Shown here piece after piece: positions 29,271-39,787 of a DNA stretch of 64,000 nt (its first letter is position 1; each line of letters starts with the position of its first letter). The translations under genes and the position numbers were made by a program. The notes beneath the pieces are model-generated. The model did no database searches, was not told where the DNA came from, and worked only from the letters and a program-made list of their open reading frames with translations. Source of the DNA: Dehalococcoidia bacterium. GTDB lineage: Bacteria > Chloroflexota > Dehalococcoidia > Lucifugimonadales > Australimonadaceae. Where the stretch lies: the NCBI GenBank assembly GCA_022449765.1, contig JAKUPZ010000003.1:92441-156440 (forward strand). Direction: 5' to 3'.

Positions 29271-29990
29271 CTAGTTACTAGAGTCAAGAAAGTCATTTAT
29301 ACGCCTAAGTATGGAATCAATACTGCCTTGGCGAAGCCTTCCTGTATTTGTGTTACGTGGACTTGGGTGATAGGAGATGAATAAGCGAGGCAGGCCTACT
29401 TCGAAATGATACTCGGCGCCATGAATAAATGTTGCGTTCAGTTTTTTTTTATGAACACTACTAAGGACTTTCAGAGTCTGGTTAAATGCAATATGCCCTA
29501 AAGTTAGAATAGCTTTGATTTTTGGAAGGTAATGCATTTCTTCATGCAAGAAATGCTCACACGATTTTAACTCTGTAGTTAGAGGTTTATCGTTCGGTGG
29601 AGCACAGTGAAGTGCAGACGATAAGAAAACGTTATTTAATTTCAAGCCATCCCCAAGGTCGCTAGAAGATGGTTGATTGGAAAATGCGGCCGTGTGCAGG
29701 GCTTGCGTTAGAAAATTTGCAGATGGATCGCCGGTAAAAAGCCGTCCAGTTCGATTTGCGCCATGTGCACCGGGAGCAAGCCCCACGATTAATAATTTGG
29801 CGTTTTGATCGCCATGGCTTGGTACCGGCGCACCCCAGTAGTCCCAATTAGAAAAGCCTGCCCTTTTCTCTGTAAGGGCTTTTCGTTCACGGTATTCCAC
29901 TAACCTTGGGCAGGCCTTGCACTGAACGATTTCATTCTGTAGTTGCAGTAGGTGCCCTTTGAGAGGGCCGTTATAAAATCGAGTTATCAT
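29271..29990 (-). CDS. uracil-DNA glycosylase, family 4/5 (UdgB-like)
   Basis: CKACPRL Fe-S motif, GLAPGAHGANRTGRLFTGD, C-terminal HPSPRN. Confidence 0.8.
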   Translation of the reverse strand: MITRFYNGPLKGHLLQLQNEIVQCKACPRLVEYRERKALTEKRAGFSNWDYWGAPVPSHGDQNAKLLIVGLAPGAHGANRTGRLFTGDPSANFLTQALHTAAFSNQPSSSDLGDGLKLNNVFLSSALHCAPPNDKPLTTELKSCEHFLHEEMHYLPKIKAILTLGHIAFNQTLKVLSSVHKKKLNATFIHGAEYHFEVGLPRLFISYHPSPRNTNTGRLRQGSIDSILRRINDFLDSSN

Positions 29991-30094
29991 GATGTCTAAT
30001 ATAGAATAAACTCAGACCACTTTCCTGAGCAGGGTATCCTTTCTTTTGCATTTGGCATGGGGAACTTTGATTTAGTATGGCCTAGGAGGGCCTG

Positions 30095-31681
30095 ATGGAT
30101 TACGTAAAATTATATGACACCACTCTAAGAGACGGTACACAAATGGAGGGTGTCAGCTTATCAGTGCATGACAAATTAAAAATCGCGGAACGGTTGGACC
30201 ATTTAGGAGTAAATTTCATTGAAGGAGGTTGGCCAGGATCTAACCCCAAGGATGATGAATTTTTCCAAGCCGCGAAAACGCTCAAGCTTAATAATGCAGA
30301 GCTTGTGGCTTTTGGAAGTACCTGTCGCGCCCATGTGTCTCCTGAGAATGACTCGAATATTTCGGCCTTAGTCGATAGTGGTGCTAAAGTTCTAACTATT
30401 GTAGGTAAATCATCTGAAACTCAGGTGAATGATGTATTGGAGGTTCCTTTAGAGGAAAACCTTCGCATGATTAGTGAGTCTGTTAAATATCTCAAAAAGC
30501 TGGGTAAGCGAGTGATTTTTGATGCGGAGCATTTTTTTGATGGTTACTTGTTGAATCCAGAATATTCTTTGCAATGCATTTCTGCTGCTGCTGAAGCGGG
30601 GGCTGAGTGTATTGTACTGTGCGATACGAACGGAGGGACTCTTCCTGTAGATATATTCGCGACCGTTTCCACTGTTACAAATGCAATGGAAGTAGATATT
30701 GGGATTCATTGCCATAATGATTCGGATGTTGCAGTTGCTAATACTTTGGCGGCTGTGCAGGCAGGAGCGTCTCATGTTCAAGGTACGATAAATGGGTATG
30801 GAGAGCGCTCAGGTAATGCGAATTTACTTTCAGTTATTGCGAATTTAAAACTCAAGCTTGGTATGGATGTGGTGACTGATGATCAACTTGAGCTTTTGAC
30901 CGAGATCCACCGATTTACTTCAGAGATGGCAAATATGCCTCGGAACCGTTACCAACCTTACGTAGGTGAAAGCGCTTTCACCCACAAAGGAGGGCTGCAT
31001 GCGTCTGCTGTTGCCAAAGTAGAAGAAAGCTACCAGCATATTGATCCCAGCCTTGTAGGCAATTTAAAGCACATTGTTGTATCTGAATTGGCAGGCCGAA
31101 GTAACATTGCAATTAAGTTACAGGAAGAAGGATTATCTGCGGATGTACCCAAAGAACGCTTAGGCGATTTATTGAAAATTGTTAAAGAAAGGGAGAACCG
31201 TGGGTTTCAATATGAAGGAGCGGAGGCGTCTTTTCGACTATTGGTACACCGGTCTTTGCCTGAATATCAATCTCCATTTGAGTTAGTGGATTTTATGGTG
31301 GTAATGGAGAAGAGGCGTAGACAGGGGCAGAGGAATGCTGAAGATGAGGATTCTTTGTGCGAAGCTATGGTTAAAGTTTCAGTTGGAGGAGAGGTCAAGC
31401 ACACTGTTGCTGAAGGAAATGGTCCGGTCAATGCCCTTGACCAAGCGTTACGTAAAGGACTGTTGGAGTTTTACCCATCGTTGGAGAATGTGGAATTAAC
31501 TGATTACAAAGTACGTGTTGTTTCGCAAGGGCCTGGTGGTACAGGAGCAGTTGTTCGGGTTTTAGTTGAATCTACTGATGGAAACTCAAACTGGGCAACT
31601 ATTGGCGCCTCTACGAATATTATTGAGGCTTCCTGGCAGGCCTTGGCTGACAGCTTAGAGTATGCACTGCTGCAGAGATAA
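30095..31681 (+). CDS. cimA: (R)-citramalate synthase (LeuA/CimA family)
   Basis: 528 aa. LYDTTLRDGTQ, HCHND, and a C-terminal LeuA-dimer regulatory domain of CimA length. Confidence 0.82.
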   Translation: MDYVKLYDTTLRDGTQMEGVSLSVHDKLKIAERLDHLGVNFIEGGWPGSNPKDDEFFQAAKTLKLNNAELVAFGSTCRAHVSPENDSNISALVDSGAKVLTIVGKSSETQVNDVLEVPLEENLRMISESVKYLKKLGKRVIFDAEHFFDGYLLNPEYSLQCISAAAEAGAECIVLCDTNGGTLPVDIFATVSTVTNAMEVDIGIHCHNDSDVAVANTLAAVQAGASHVQGTINGYGERSGNANLLSVIANLKLKLGMDVVTDDQLELLTEIHRFTSEMANMPRNRYQPYVGESAFTHKGGLHASAVAKVEESYQHIDPSLVGNLKHIVVSELAGRSNIAIKLQEEGLSADVPKERLGDLLKIVKERENRGFQYEGAEASFRLLVHRSLPEYQSPFELVDFMVVMEKRRRQGQRNAEDEDSLCEAMVKVSVGGEVKHTVAEGNGPVNALDQALRKGLLEFYPSLENVELTDYKVRVVSQGPGGTGAVVRVLVESTDGNSNWATIGASTNIIEASWQALADSLEYALLQR

Positions 31682-31684
31682 ATA

Positions 31685-32074
31685 ATGGCTACAGAAATTT
31701 TTCACATGGACTCTAATGGGATTTCTATTTCTGTTGAGTCTGCAATTTTTGGTGAGCATGAATATCAAGTGAAAAATATAGAGTCAGTAGCGATTGTTGA
31801 GGATAAAGCGAAACGATGGCCCGGGCGAATGACATTGCTGATTGGTATAGTACTTATTGTAATTGGATTTGTAATTGAGCAAACTGTCGGTATGATGCTT
31901 GGGGCAGTAGCACTCTTGTCAGGCTCAATTAACCTATCTAGAAAGCGCTCCAGGTTTGGGCTCCGGATAATGACAAAGCGAGGGGCAGTATTTGTGCTAG
32001 CTTCACAGGATAGAGGCTATGTTGAAACTGTTTCAATAGCTTTGCAAACGGCCATAGATTCTAGTCGTAACTAA
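31685..32074 (+). CDS. hypothetical membrane protein (central TM hairpin)
   Basis: 129 aa. Hydrophobic segment LLIGIVLIVIGFVIEQTVGMMLGAVALL. 4-nt gap after cimA. Confidence 0.5.
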   Translation: MATEIFHMDSNGISISVESAIFGEHEYQVKNIESVAIVEDKAKRWPGRMTLLIGIVLIVIGFVIEQTVGMMLGAVALLSGSINLSRKRSRFGLRIMTKRGAVFVLASQDRGYVETVSIALQTAIDSSRN

Positions 32075-35013
32075 GGGTCAATAATTTTTAATGAATCAGC
32101 AATATATTCAGCCCAGTGTTTTGGGGTTTTGGAAGTAAAATGCCCAATTTGCTGGCGGCATGAAATTCCAGAAATTGCTATAGGCCATTCGGATTTATCG
32201 GGTGCTTCTATAGCAGGGAAAAGCTTTAAATCTCCCATTGCTTTAGATGTTTCATAATGCTCTTTCTCAAAGCCAAAGGTGCCTGCCATTCCACAGCATG
32301 CGGAATCAATGAGCTCTGGTTTATACCCTGCTAAGCTTAAGGCACCTAAAGTAGAATCTGTTCCTATAACAGCTTTCTGATGACAATGGCCATGAACTTG
32401 GATGCTTTGATCTCTGGAAAAATCAAGCGTCTCATTAATCAAATCAGGCTCTTGTTCGGCAATTTGCATAATTAATTCATCAAGCATTAATGCTTGTGAT
32501 GCCACTGATCGGGATTCAGGGCTTCGTAATAATTCGGGATACTCTTCTTTTAATGTGAGCAAGCAAGAAGGTTCAGTTCCTACAATCAAAGTTCCTCTTT
32601 CCGCATAAGGAAGTAGAGACTCGACGTTTACCTTTGCCCATTCTTTGGCCTTAGAGAGTTGGCCTTTTGAAATTAGGGGCCTACCACAGCATTCCTTTTG
32701 AGCTTCTATGATCACGTTATAACCCAGAGACGATAGAATTCTAATTGCTGCACGCCCCACTTCAGGATGCATGTACTCCGTGAAAGTGTCATTAAAATAG
32801 ACTATGTCACCCCTATGAGTATTCAGAGAATTCTTTTTCTGGGATTTGAACCATGAGGAGAATTTACGCGTTGCGAATTGAGGTAATGGACGCTTGCGTG
32901 AAATCCCAAGTGTTTTTTCCGTAAATAATTTTACTAAGTAGAAGCGCCCTAGGAGATTAGTGAGTGGAGCTACAGATTGACCTATCCGGCTGAGTTTTGA
33001 AATATTACCGAAAAGGCGGGCTCGCAAGGGCAGTCCATGTTTTTCGTAATATTTACTTAATACCTCAGATTTCAATTTAGCCATATCGACGTTTGATGGA
33101 CACTCTGCTTTGCAAGCTTTGCACTCAACACAAAGATCCATAGTTTGGTACAGTCGGTCACCAGTCAATTCTTCTGCGGGAAGTGCCCCGCTAACAATCA
33201 TACGTAGCATGGTTGCCCTAGCTCTTGTAGAGTGCTCTTCATCACGAGTGACCATGAATGAAGGGCACATTCCTCCATCAAGTTTTCTGCATGCTCCTTG
33301 GCTGTTACACATTTCGACGTGTGCAGAAAACCCTCCGTCTTCACTAAAATCAAGGTAAGTAGGAACTTCAAAGGTTTTGTAGTCAGGACCAATCCGGAGA
33401 TTTTCTCTTATTCCAGGAGTCTCAATTATTTTGCCCGGGTTCATGATCGAGTCGGGATCAAAGGCTGATTTCAATTCTTTAAATGCTTGATAGATATCAG
33501 AGCCAAACATTTTTTCAGTGAATACCCCGCGAACAATCCCGTCACCATGCTCGCCGGTGAGACTACCTCCAAATTCTAGAACTAGATCAGAAATCTCTTC
33601 TGCAATGGATGCCATTTTTTCGACACCTTCGTGTTGTTTCATGTTCACTACAGGCCGAATATGGAGACAACCGGTGGATGCATGGCCGTAATAAGCAGAT
33701 TCTGTGTCGTGGCGGGCAACAATTTCTTCGAATCTTCTTACATACTCTGGCAGTTGTTCTGGAGAGACTGCAGTATCTTCAACGTACGGTAGTGGCTTTG
33801 CATCGCCTTTTAAGGCCATGGCCAGTCCTAAGCCTGCCTCTCGCAGTGCATACCATCTGCGTTGTTCCTGAGGGTCATTAGATATCATGGTTGCATAACC
33901 AAGCCGACGGTGCTCCATATCTGCTTTTAATGCTTCTAATTTAGATTGAACCTCTCTAGGAGAGTCGCCGTAGAATTCAACCAACAGGAGTTCCCTAGGC
34001 TCTCCAATAAAGTAATTGAGGAGATGGCGGTAGCCAGCATTGACTTTACAATTGTCAATTATCATGTGGCCTATTAATTCGACGGCAGAAGGGCTGTGTT
34101 CAAGAATTGGAACAGAAGCTTCCATGCATTCAATCAAATCAGTAAAATGAACTACTCCAAGCCCTTTGTACTGAGGAACAGGAACCAAATTTACTTTTGC
34201 TTCAGTAACAGCTACTAGCGTTCCCTCTGATCCCACCACTGCACGGGTTAGATTCATAGGTCCTTCACCCATGAAATCATCCAAGTTATAACCCATAACC
34301 CTTCGCAGGATCTTTGGGAAACGTTGCTCTATCTCAGCTGAATTTTCCCACGCCAACCTTCGAGTTTCTCTATAGATAGCACCTTCAAGGGTGTTTTCTG
34401 ACATTTTGTCTTCTAGTAAGGAGCCTGTAGTGGGGGCGAAATGTACTCTGCTTCCATCCGATAATATTGCATCTACTTCGAGAATATGGTCTAAAGTTTT
34501 GCCATATATAACTGAATGAGGGCCACAAGAATTGTTGCCAATCCCGCCTCCGATAGTTGCTCTTGCGCTTGTTACGGGATCAGGTCCATACATCAGCCCA
34601 TGGTTTCTAACAGCGGCCGAAAGGTGATTATTGACTATTCCAGGCTGCACTTTTGCCCAACGTTCTTCAGGTGATACCTCAACGATGTTTCTCATATATT
34701 TAGAGAAATCAATTATTATTGCGTGGTTAGTAGTCTGCCCTGCAAGGGCCGTTCCGCCCCCTCTTGGCATAACAGGAACTCCGTGCTCCTTAGCTATACG
34801 TATTGCAGCCTCTACATCGTCTGCTGTCCGAGGAATAACGACTCCGATTGGAGTCATCTGGTACATTGAAGCATCGGTCGAATACATAAGCCTGTTGTAT
34901 TTGTCCATACGAACTTCGCCCGAAATTTGGGGTTTCAATTTATCAACAATCATCCCAATTTCAGCTTCGTTTATGGTTGCCCCTTTACGGGCAGTTTCGT
35001 ACAGAAGTGGCAT
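32071..35013 (-). CDS. fused FAD-linked oxidase (GlcD-like) / Fe-S cluster / CCG-domain (GlcF-like) oxidoreductase
   Basis: 980 aa. N-terminal FAD-binding PCMH region (PRGGGTALAGQ), middle 2x CxxCxxCxxxC (CVECKACKAECP), C-terminal Cys-rich CCG repeats (CCG...). Confidence 0.85.
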   Translation of the reverse strand: MPLLYETARKGATINEAEIGMIVDKLKPQISGEVRMDKYNRLMYSTDASMYQMTPIGVVIPRTADDVEAAIRIAKEHGVPVMPRGGGTALAGQTTNHAIIIDFSKYMRNIVEVSPEERWAKVQPGIVNNHLSAAVRNHGLMYGPDPVTSARATIGGGIGNNSCGPHSVIYGKTLDHILEVDAILSDGSRVHFAPTTGSLLEDKMSENTLEGAIYRETRRLAWENSAEIEQRFPKILRRVMGYNLDDFMGEGPMNLTRAVVGSEGTLVAVTEAKVNLVPVPQYKGLGVVHFTDLIECMEASVPILEHSPSAVELIGHMIIDNCKVNAGYRHLLNYFIGEPRELLLVEFYGDSPREVQSKLEALKADMEHRRLGYATMISNDPQEQRRWYALREAGLGLAMALKGDAKPLPYVEDTAVSPEQLPEYVRRFEEIVARHDTESAYYGHASTGCLHIRPVVNMKQHEGVEKMASIAEEISDLVLEFGGSLTGEHGDGIVRGVFTEKMFGSDIYQAFKELKSAFDPDSIMNPGKIIETPGIRENLRIGPDYKTFEVPTYLDFSEDGGFSAHVEMCNSQGACRKLDGGMCPSFMVTRDEEHSTRARATMLRMIVSGALPAEELTGDRLYQTMDLCVECKACKAECPSNVDMAKLKSEVLSKYYEKHGLPLRARLFGNISKLSRIGQSVAPLTNLLGRFYLVKLFTEKTLGISRKRPLPQFATRKFSSWFKSQKKNSLNTHRGDIVYFNDTFTEYMHPEVGRAAIRILSSLGYNVIIEAQKECCGRPLISKGQLSKAKEWAKVNVESLLPYAERGTLIVGTEPSCLLTLKEEYPELLRSPESRSVASQALMLDELIMQIAEQEPDLINETLDFSRDQSIQVHGHCHQKAVIGTDSTLGALSLAGYKPELIDSACCGMAGTFGFEKEHYETSKAMGDLKLFPAIEAPDKSEWPIAISGISCRQQIGHFTSKTPKHWAEYIADSLKIIDP

Positions 35014-35175
35014 AGTTGAACCTCAAGTAATGGCTTATAACTTTACCCAAGGTAGTGCAAACTGAGAAGGGTTTCGTTGTAGGGCATTAGGTATAAGTTA
35101 TTTTGACGATCATATTAGTACTTATATCTTTTAGATTATAACTTTAATATAAAGTAGTTACGAACGAGAGATGCA

Positions 35176-35703
35176 ATGATTGATCAAAATACAGATTTCC
35201 CGCCAGATTCTGGCAAAGATGCAAAGAAAACTTATCGTACACTTGGGCCCTTAGAAACTGAATTAATGGAAGCGATTTGGAATTCGGAAGGCCCTCTTTC
35301 GGTGCAAGGAATTATTGATAAATTAGATACTGCTCATAATTACAAAACCGTAATGACTGTTCTCAATCGCTTGGTAGATAAATTGCTACTTGGTAGAAGC
35401 TTGGATGGTCGTGCGTATCATTATTTTGCAACAGAATCACGTCAAAGTTTTCTGCGTTCAGTTGCGGAGGGCTTAGTGAGTGATTATGTAAATCTTTACG
35501 GAGGCTCTTCCGCGCAATTTTTAGCTGATGCAATTGACACAAAACAGCCTAGAAATACATTGGATGATGAGCATGCAAATTTTTGGGACTATGGTCGTGA
35601 GACAAAAAATTTGCAAAAGAATTCATTAATAACGCTAGTTTTGGCGGCACTGATTCTTCAAGTAATTTCTTCTATATTTCGCCCTCGAAAGAAACGGAAA
35701 TGA
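35176..35703 (+). CDS. BlaI/MecI/CopY-family winged-helix repressor with an extra C-terminal TM helix
   Basis: LGPLETELMEAIW...YKTVMTVLNRLVDK pattern. C-terminal SLITLVLAALILQVISSIF followed by a basic tail. Confidence 0.68.
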   Translation: MIDQNTDFPPDSGKDAKKTYRTLGPLETELMEAIWNSEGPLSVQGIIDKLDTAHNYKTVMTVLNRLVDKLLLGRSLDGRAYHYFATESRQSFLRSVAEGLVSDYVNLYGGSSAQFLADAIDTKQPRNTLDDEHANFWDYGRETKNLQKNSLITLVLAALILQVISSIFRPRKKRK

Positions 35704-36437
35704 ACGATGTGTTACCAGAGGATTGGGCACTGTTTAATTTGGATGCATCAACTTTGGGGGTGACCTTAGACGATGTTCAGATTGAAAAATTTAAAACTTT
35801 ACTTAAGTTAATGCGAATGTTTAATAAACGCGCATCTTTAACTTCAGATTTGGGACTGAAGCAGGCGATAAAAGTTCATTTTCTAGATTCATTGTCAATA
35901 GTACCGTTTATTAAATCTTGTGGATTCCTTAATGCGAAATTACTTGATGTAGGGACGGGAGGAGGTTTTCCTGGTATTCCTTTGAAAATAGCAATTCCTT
36001 CGCTAGATCTTCATTTGATTGAAGCCAAAAATAAAAAAGTGGAATATCTCCAGATGGCGTTAAAGGAACTGGAAATTGAAGGCGACACTTATTTTGCGAG
36101 AGCTGAGGAGGCTGCGCATAAGGAGCAATTTCGAGAGAAATTTGATTTTGTCACCAGCCGAGCACTAGGTAGTTGGCCGACTGTTCTTGAATTGTCATTA
36201 CCTTTCTGTAGAGTTGGAGGATTTTTACTAGGACAAAGAGGAGCAGATGCTGAGGTAGATGCGATTAAGTACTTGCAAACCGCTTCAATACTTGGCGGAA
36301 CCGTTTATGATGTAAGCAAGGTAGGAGCCGGAATAGGCTTGAATTCTCGAAGTTTAATTATGGTTCGTAAGATAAATTCAATTCCAGATAAATTCCCTCG
36401 AAAAGCTGGTATACCCGCTAAGCGTCCTCTTGGATAG
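35700..36437 (+). CDS. rsmG: 16S rRNA (guanine527-N7)-methyltransferase RsmG
   Basis: LLDVGTGGGFPGIPLKI SAM motif. ATGA overlap with the upstream gene. Confidence 0.85.
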   Translation: MNDVLPEDWALFNLDASTLGVTLDDVQIEKFKTLLKLMRMFNKRASLTSDLGLKQAIKVHFLDSLSIVPFIKSCGFLNAKLLDVGTGGGFPGIPLKIAIPSLDLHLIEAKNKKVEYLQMALKELEIEGDTYFARAEEAAHKEQFREKFDFVTSRALGSWPTVLELSLPFCRVGGFLLGQRGADAEVDAIKYLQTASILGGTVYDVSKVGAGIGLNSRSLIMVRKINSIPDKFPRKAGIPAKRPLG

Positions 36438-36445
36438 TCAACGGC

Positions 36446-37465
36446 ATGTCATCACTTGAATCAAAACCTCAATCTTTCCTCTCAAGGCGCGGTCGGTCAT
36501 TTTTATTAAGATTAGTTATCACATTTTCTCTTCTTGCAGGGTTCGGAAGCGTTGCACTCTGGCGCATTGATATTGGATGGAATGACACTTGGATTGCAAT
36601 AAAAGCTATTAACCCGTGGTGGTATTTCATTGCTCTAGTTACGCATTATTTAACCTTCGTGTTTCGTGGTTATAGATGGATCCTGCTTCTAAAGAATTCT
36701 AGTAATGACGGGCAAAATTGGACGCCATCTTTATGGTACGCATCAAGAGTTATTCTGATGAGTTGGTTTGCTAATTCGGTTGCCTGGTTTCGCGTTGGAG
36801 ACGCCTACCGTGCCTACATTTATTCTGAGGATAGTAAAGTCAGTTTTTCAACGAGCATGGGTGTAGTTTTAGCGGATCGGATAGTGGATTTAGCAGTAAT
36901 TGTCGTATTAATGATCACAGGGGTGATCATTTTACTCGCAGTCGGCCAGATTGCTCCTCCTGTACTGATATTGATTCTAGGTTTGGCATTATTAGTTATT
37001 TTAGTTATCGCATTGCTAGCTATGGTCTTTGCACGCAAATGGATTAGTCCAAAGTTGCCACGCCAGATAAGAGAGACTTATCACAAATTTTATGATGCGA
37101 CGATGGGTAGCTTTAGAAGAATGGATATAGTTTTTATTCTTGCAATTGCCGCTTGGCTTTGTGAGGTGGGGAGACTATTTTTTGTACTAAAGGCAATGGG
37201 TGTTTCTATTTCTTTAGGCCTTATACTTTTTGTTCCCATGGCGAATGGATTGCTATCGGGAGTCCCTTTAACGCCGGGCGGGCTTGGCTTTGTTGAGACA
37301 GGTATTACTGGATTGCTGGGGTTAGAGCTTGCATTTGAATTAGCGGTGGCCGTTGCTTTAGTTGATCGTACTATAAGCTTCTTGAGTACAATACTTTTTG
37401 GCGGATTGGCGTTTTTAATTCGACAGATTAATAGTTTGCGAAATGTGGTAAAGGAGGACTCATGA
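36446..37465 (+). CDS. flippase-like (UPF0104 / lysyl-PG synthase TM-region family) membrane protein
   Basis: 339-aa polytopic protein with the typical ...PGGLGFVE... motif near the C-terminus. Confidence 0.68.
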   Translation: MSSLESKPQSFLSRRGRSFLLRLVITFSLLAGFGSVALWRIDIGWNDTWIAIKAINPWWYFIALVTHYLTFVFRGYRWILLLKNSSNDGQNWTPSLWYASRVILMSWFANSVAWFRVGDAYRAYIYSEDSKVSFSTSMGVVLADRIVDLAVIVVLMITGVIILLAVGQIAPPVLILILGLALLVILVIALLAMVFARKWISPKLPRQIRETYHKFYDATMGSFRRMDIVFILAIAAWLCEVGRLFFVLKAMGVSISLGLILFVPMANGLLSGVPLTPGGLGFVETGITGLLGLELAFELAVAVALVDRTISFLSTILFGGLAFLIRQINSLRNVVKEDS

Positions 37466-38229
37466 TTAGTTCGGAATTTAGGGAAAAACTTAAGTCAGGA
37501 GCACCGTTGCTTGGTGTGTTTGTGAGTATAGAATCGCCCACAACTGTTGAGCTCCTTGCAGTTGCGGGAGTCGATTATGTGATGATTGACGGCGAACACA
37601 ATCCAATAAGTGCAGGTGATGCTGCTGAAATGATTCGTGCTGCTGAGGCAAAAGGAATTCCGGCTATGTCACGGGTTGGAGAAAACTCCCAGCAGGTGAT
37701 AGCAAAATTTTTGGATGCAGGTTCTTTAGGTGTAATGATCCCAATGGTGAATTCTGCAAAAGATGCTAAGGCTGTCGTTGATTCTGTGAAATACCCTCCT
37801 ATTGGTAAGCGTGGATTAGCGGGCGTAAGAGCCAATGATTTTTCGACGAGTACAGGATATGTGGACATAGCTAATGAAGCGACTGTTGTAATGGTCCAAA
37901 TTGAGACGAATGATGGGATAAAGAATGCTGATGAAATAATATCGGTTGACGGAGTGGATGCAGTTTTTCTAGGGCCATCAGATTTATCTGTTGCGTTAGG
38001 CGTTCCCGGTCAGGCTAAGCATGATTCTGTACTAAAAGTGATAGAGGAATTAACAAAAAAAATTGTTGATGCGGGTAAGACAGCTGGAACTATAGCTCGC
38101 ACTCCAGAGGACTATGCATATTGGCGAGATAGAGGCGTTCAGCTGTTCCTGACGGGAGCAAATGGGCTTTTGTTGGGCGCTGCGAAAGACTATGTCGAAG
38201 GGTCTAGAGCGTTAGAAGAAGGTCGATGA
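37462..38229 (+). CDS. HpcH/HpaI-family aldolase
   Basis: 255 aa. DYVMIDGEH..., MVQIET, FLGPSDLS motifs. Confidence 0.8.
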   Translation: MISSEFREKLKSGAPLLGVFVSIESPTTVELLAVAGVDYVMIDGEHNPISAGDAAEMIRAAEAKGIPAMSRVGENSQQVIAKFLDAGSLGVMIPMVNSAKDAKAVVDSVKYPPIGKRGLAGVRANDFSTSTGYVDIANEATVVMVQIETNDGIKNADEIISVDGVDAVFLGPSDLSVALGVPGQAKHDSVLKVIEELTKKIVDAGKTAGTIARTPEDYAYWRDRGVQLFLTGANGLLLGAAKDYVEGSRALEEGR

Positions 38230-38269
38230 TCTCTCAGATTAAAGTATTATCCCGACTTGGAAATGTAAA

Positions 38270-38548
38270 TTGATTCTAAATTATTTAATAATAGTAATTG
38301 TTTTTTCGATCACTGGGTTTTCTTCTGTCCTTTTCAGTAGTTTTCTTCTTGGGGACGTTTTTGGACTAGAAGGTAATTTCATTTCAGGATCTTGGCTATA
38401 TCGAGGAATGTACTTATTATTCATCCCACCTTCCTACTCGGTCTTGCTGGTCTTGGTGGGTACAGTATTTGGTCGCAGAACATATTTTCTGCGTCGCGTA
38501 AAGCTTTTATGGGGGAGAATTATCCCTGTTAGATGGCTAAAACTTTAA
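38270..38548 (+). CDS. small hypothetical membrane protein
   Basis: 92 aa, TTG start, two hydrophobic helices and a basic C-terminus. Weak support. Confidence 0.35.
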   Translation: MILNYLIIVIVFSITGFSSVLFSSFLLGDVFGLEGNFISGSWLYRGMYLLFIPPSYSVLLVLVGTVFGRRTYFLRRVKLLWGRIIPVRWLKL

Positions 38549-38602
38549 GGTATAGCTTAGCTGCAGCTAAGTGAATATATTTTCGAAAATTGGAGGCCTG
38601 AG

Positions 38603-39787
38603 ATGGAAGATATCGTAATTGTAAGCGGAGCAAGGACTCCTATCGGTCGTTTTGGTGGGTCGTTTAAAAATTTGCTCGCTTCTGACCTTGGTGCAGTTGC
38701 GATTAAAGCAGCAATAGAACGCGCTAAAATTCAGCCTGAAGATGTAGATGAAGTAATTATGGGTAATGTTTTGCAAGCTGATGAGACTGGATATGTTGCT
38801 CGTCGTGCAATGTTAAAGGCTGGCTTACCAGAACATATCCCTGCCATGACGATAAATAGAGCCTGCTCTTCGGGGCTTGAAGCTATTAATTTAGCAGTGC
38901 AATCTATTGCTACGGGCGAATCTGAAATTGTTGTTGCAGGAGGCGCGGACAGCATGAGTAGGGTTCCTTACTTAATGCGCGATATACGATTTGACGGCCC
39001 TCGAATGGGCGACTATATGATGACAGATGGTCTTACCATGGGTCTGAGCTGCCCTATTTATGATTATCATATGGGGGTAACCGCAGAAAATGTGGCCCAT
39101 CAATTTGAAATCACAAGAGAAGTTCAAGATCAAATGGCCGTAACAAGCCATCAGCGCGCCGTGCATGCGCAAAACGCTGGATATTTTGAATCACAAATTG
39201 CTCCCGTAATTGTTCCCCAGCGAAGAGGGGATGATCTAATTATCACCGTTGATGAGCACCCACGCTCGGATACCACACTAGAAGGGTTGGCTAAATTACG
39301 CCCAGTATTTAAAGAAGGTGGCAGTGTAACTGCAGGTAATTCTGCTGGAATTAATGATGCAGCAGCAGCAGTTGTAGTAATGTCGAGAGCACGCGCAGAA
39401 AGTTATGGACTATTACCCCGATTGAAATGGGTTGGTAGGGGGGTTTCTGGAGTAGACCCCGCAATTATGGGTATTGGTCCAGTGCCTTCCACTAAAAAAG
39501 TATTGAGTAAGACGGGAATGAAAGTGGAAGATCTGGATGTAATTGAGCTAAATGAAGCCTTTGCCGCTCAAGCTGCATATGTTATGCAGGAACTGGGAAT
39601 GGATTCTGAGCGTACAAATGTAAATGGCAGTGGAATTTCTTTAGGGCATCCTGTTGGTGCGACTGGTGCGATAATGACTGTCAAACTGATGGAAGAGCTT
39701 TCTCGAAGTGATGGCGAAATGGGATTGGTGACGATGTGTGTAGGCGGAGGGCAAGGAGTTTCTACTATTTTTGAGCGACTAAATTAA
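38603..39787 (+). CDS. acetyl-CoA C-acetyltransferase (thiolase II)
   Basis: NRACSSGLEA active-site Cys, GNSAG, NEAFAAQ, CVGGGQG. Confidence 0.93.
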   Translation: MEDIVIVSGARTPIGRFGGSFKNLLASDLGAVAIKAAIERAKIQPEDVDEVIMGNVLQADETGYVARRAMLKAGLPEHIPAMTINRACSSGLEAINLAVQSIATGESEIVVAGGADSMSRVPYLMRDIRFDGPRMGDYMMTDGLTMGLSCPIYDYHMGVTAENVAHQFEITREVQDQMAVTSHQRAVHAQNAGYFESQIAPVIVPQRRGDDLIITVDEHPRSDTTLEGLAKLRPVFKEGGSVTAGNSAGINDAAAAVVVMSRARAESYGLLPRLKWVGRGVSGVDPAIMGIGPVPSTKKVLSKTGMKVEDLDVIELNEAFAAQAAYVMQELGMDSERTNVNGSGISLGHPVGATGAIMTVKLMEELSRSDGEMGLVTMCVGGGQGVSTIFERLN

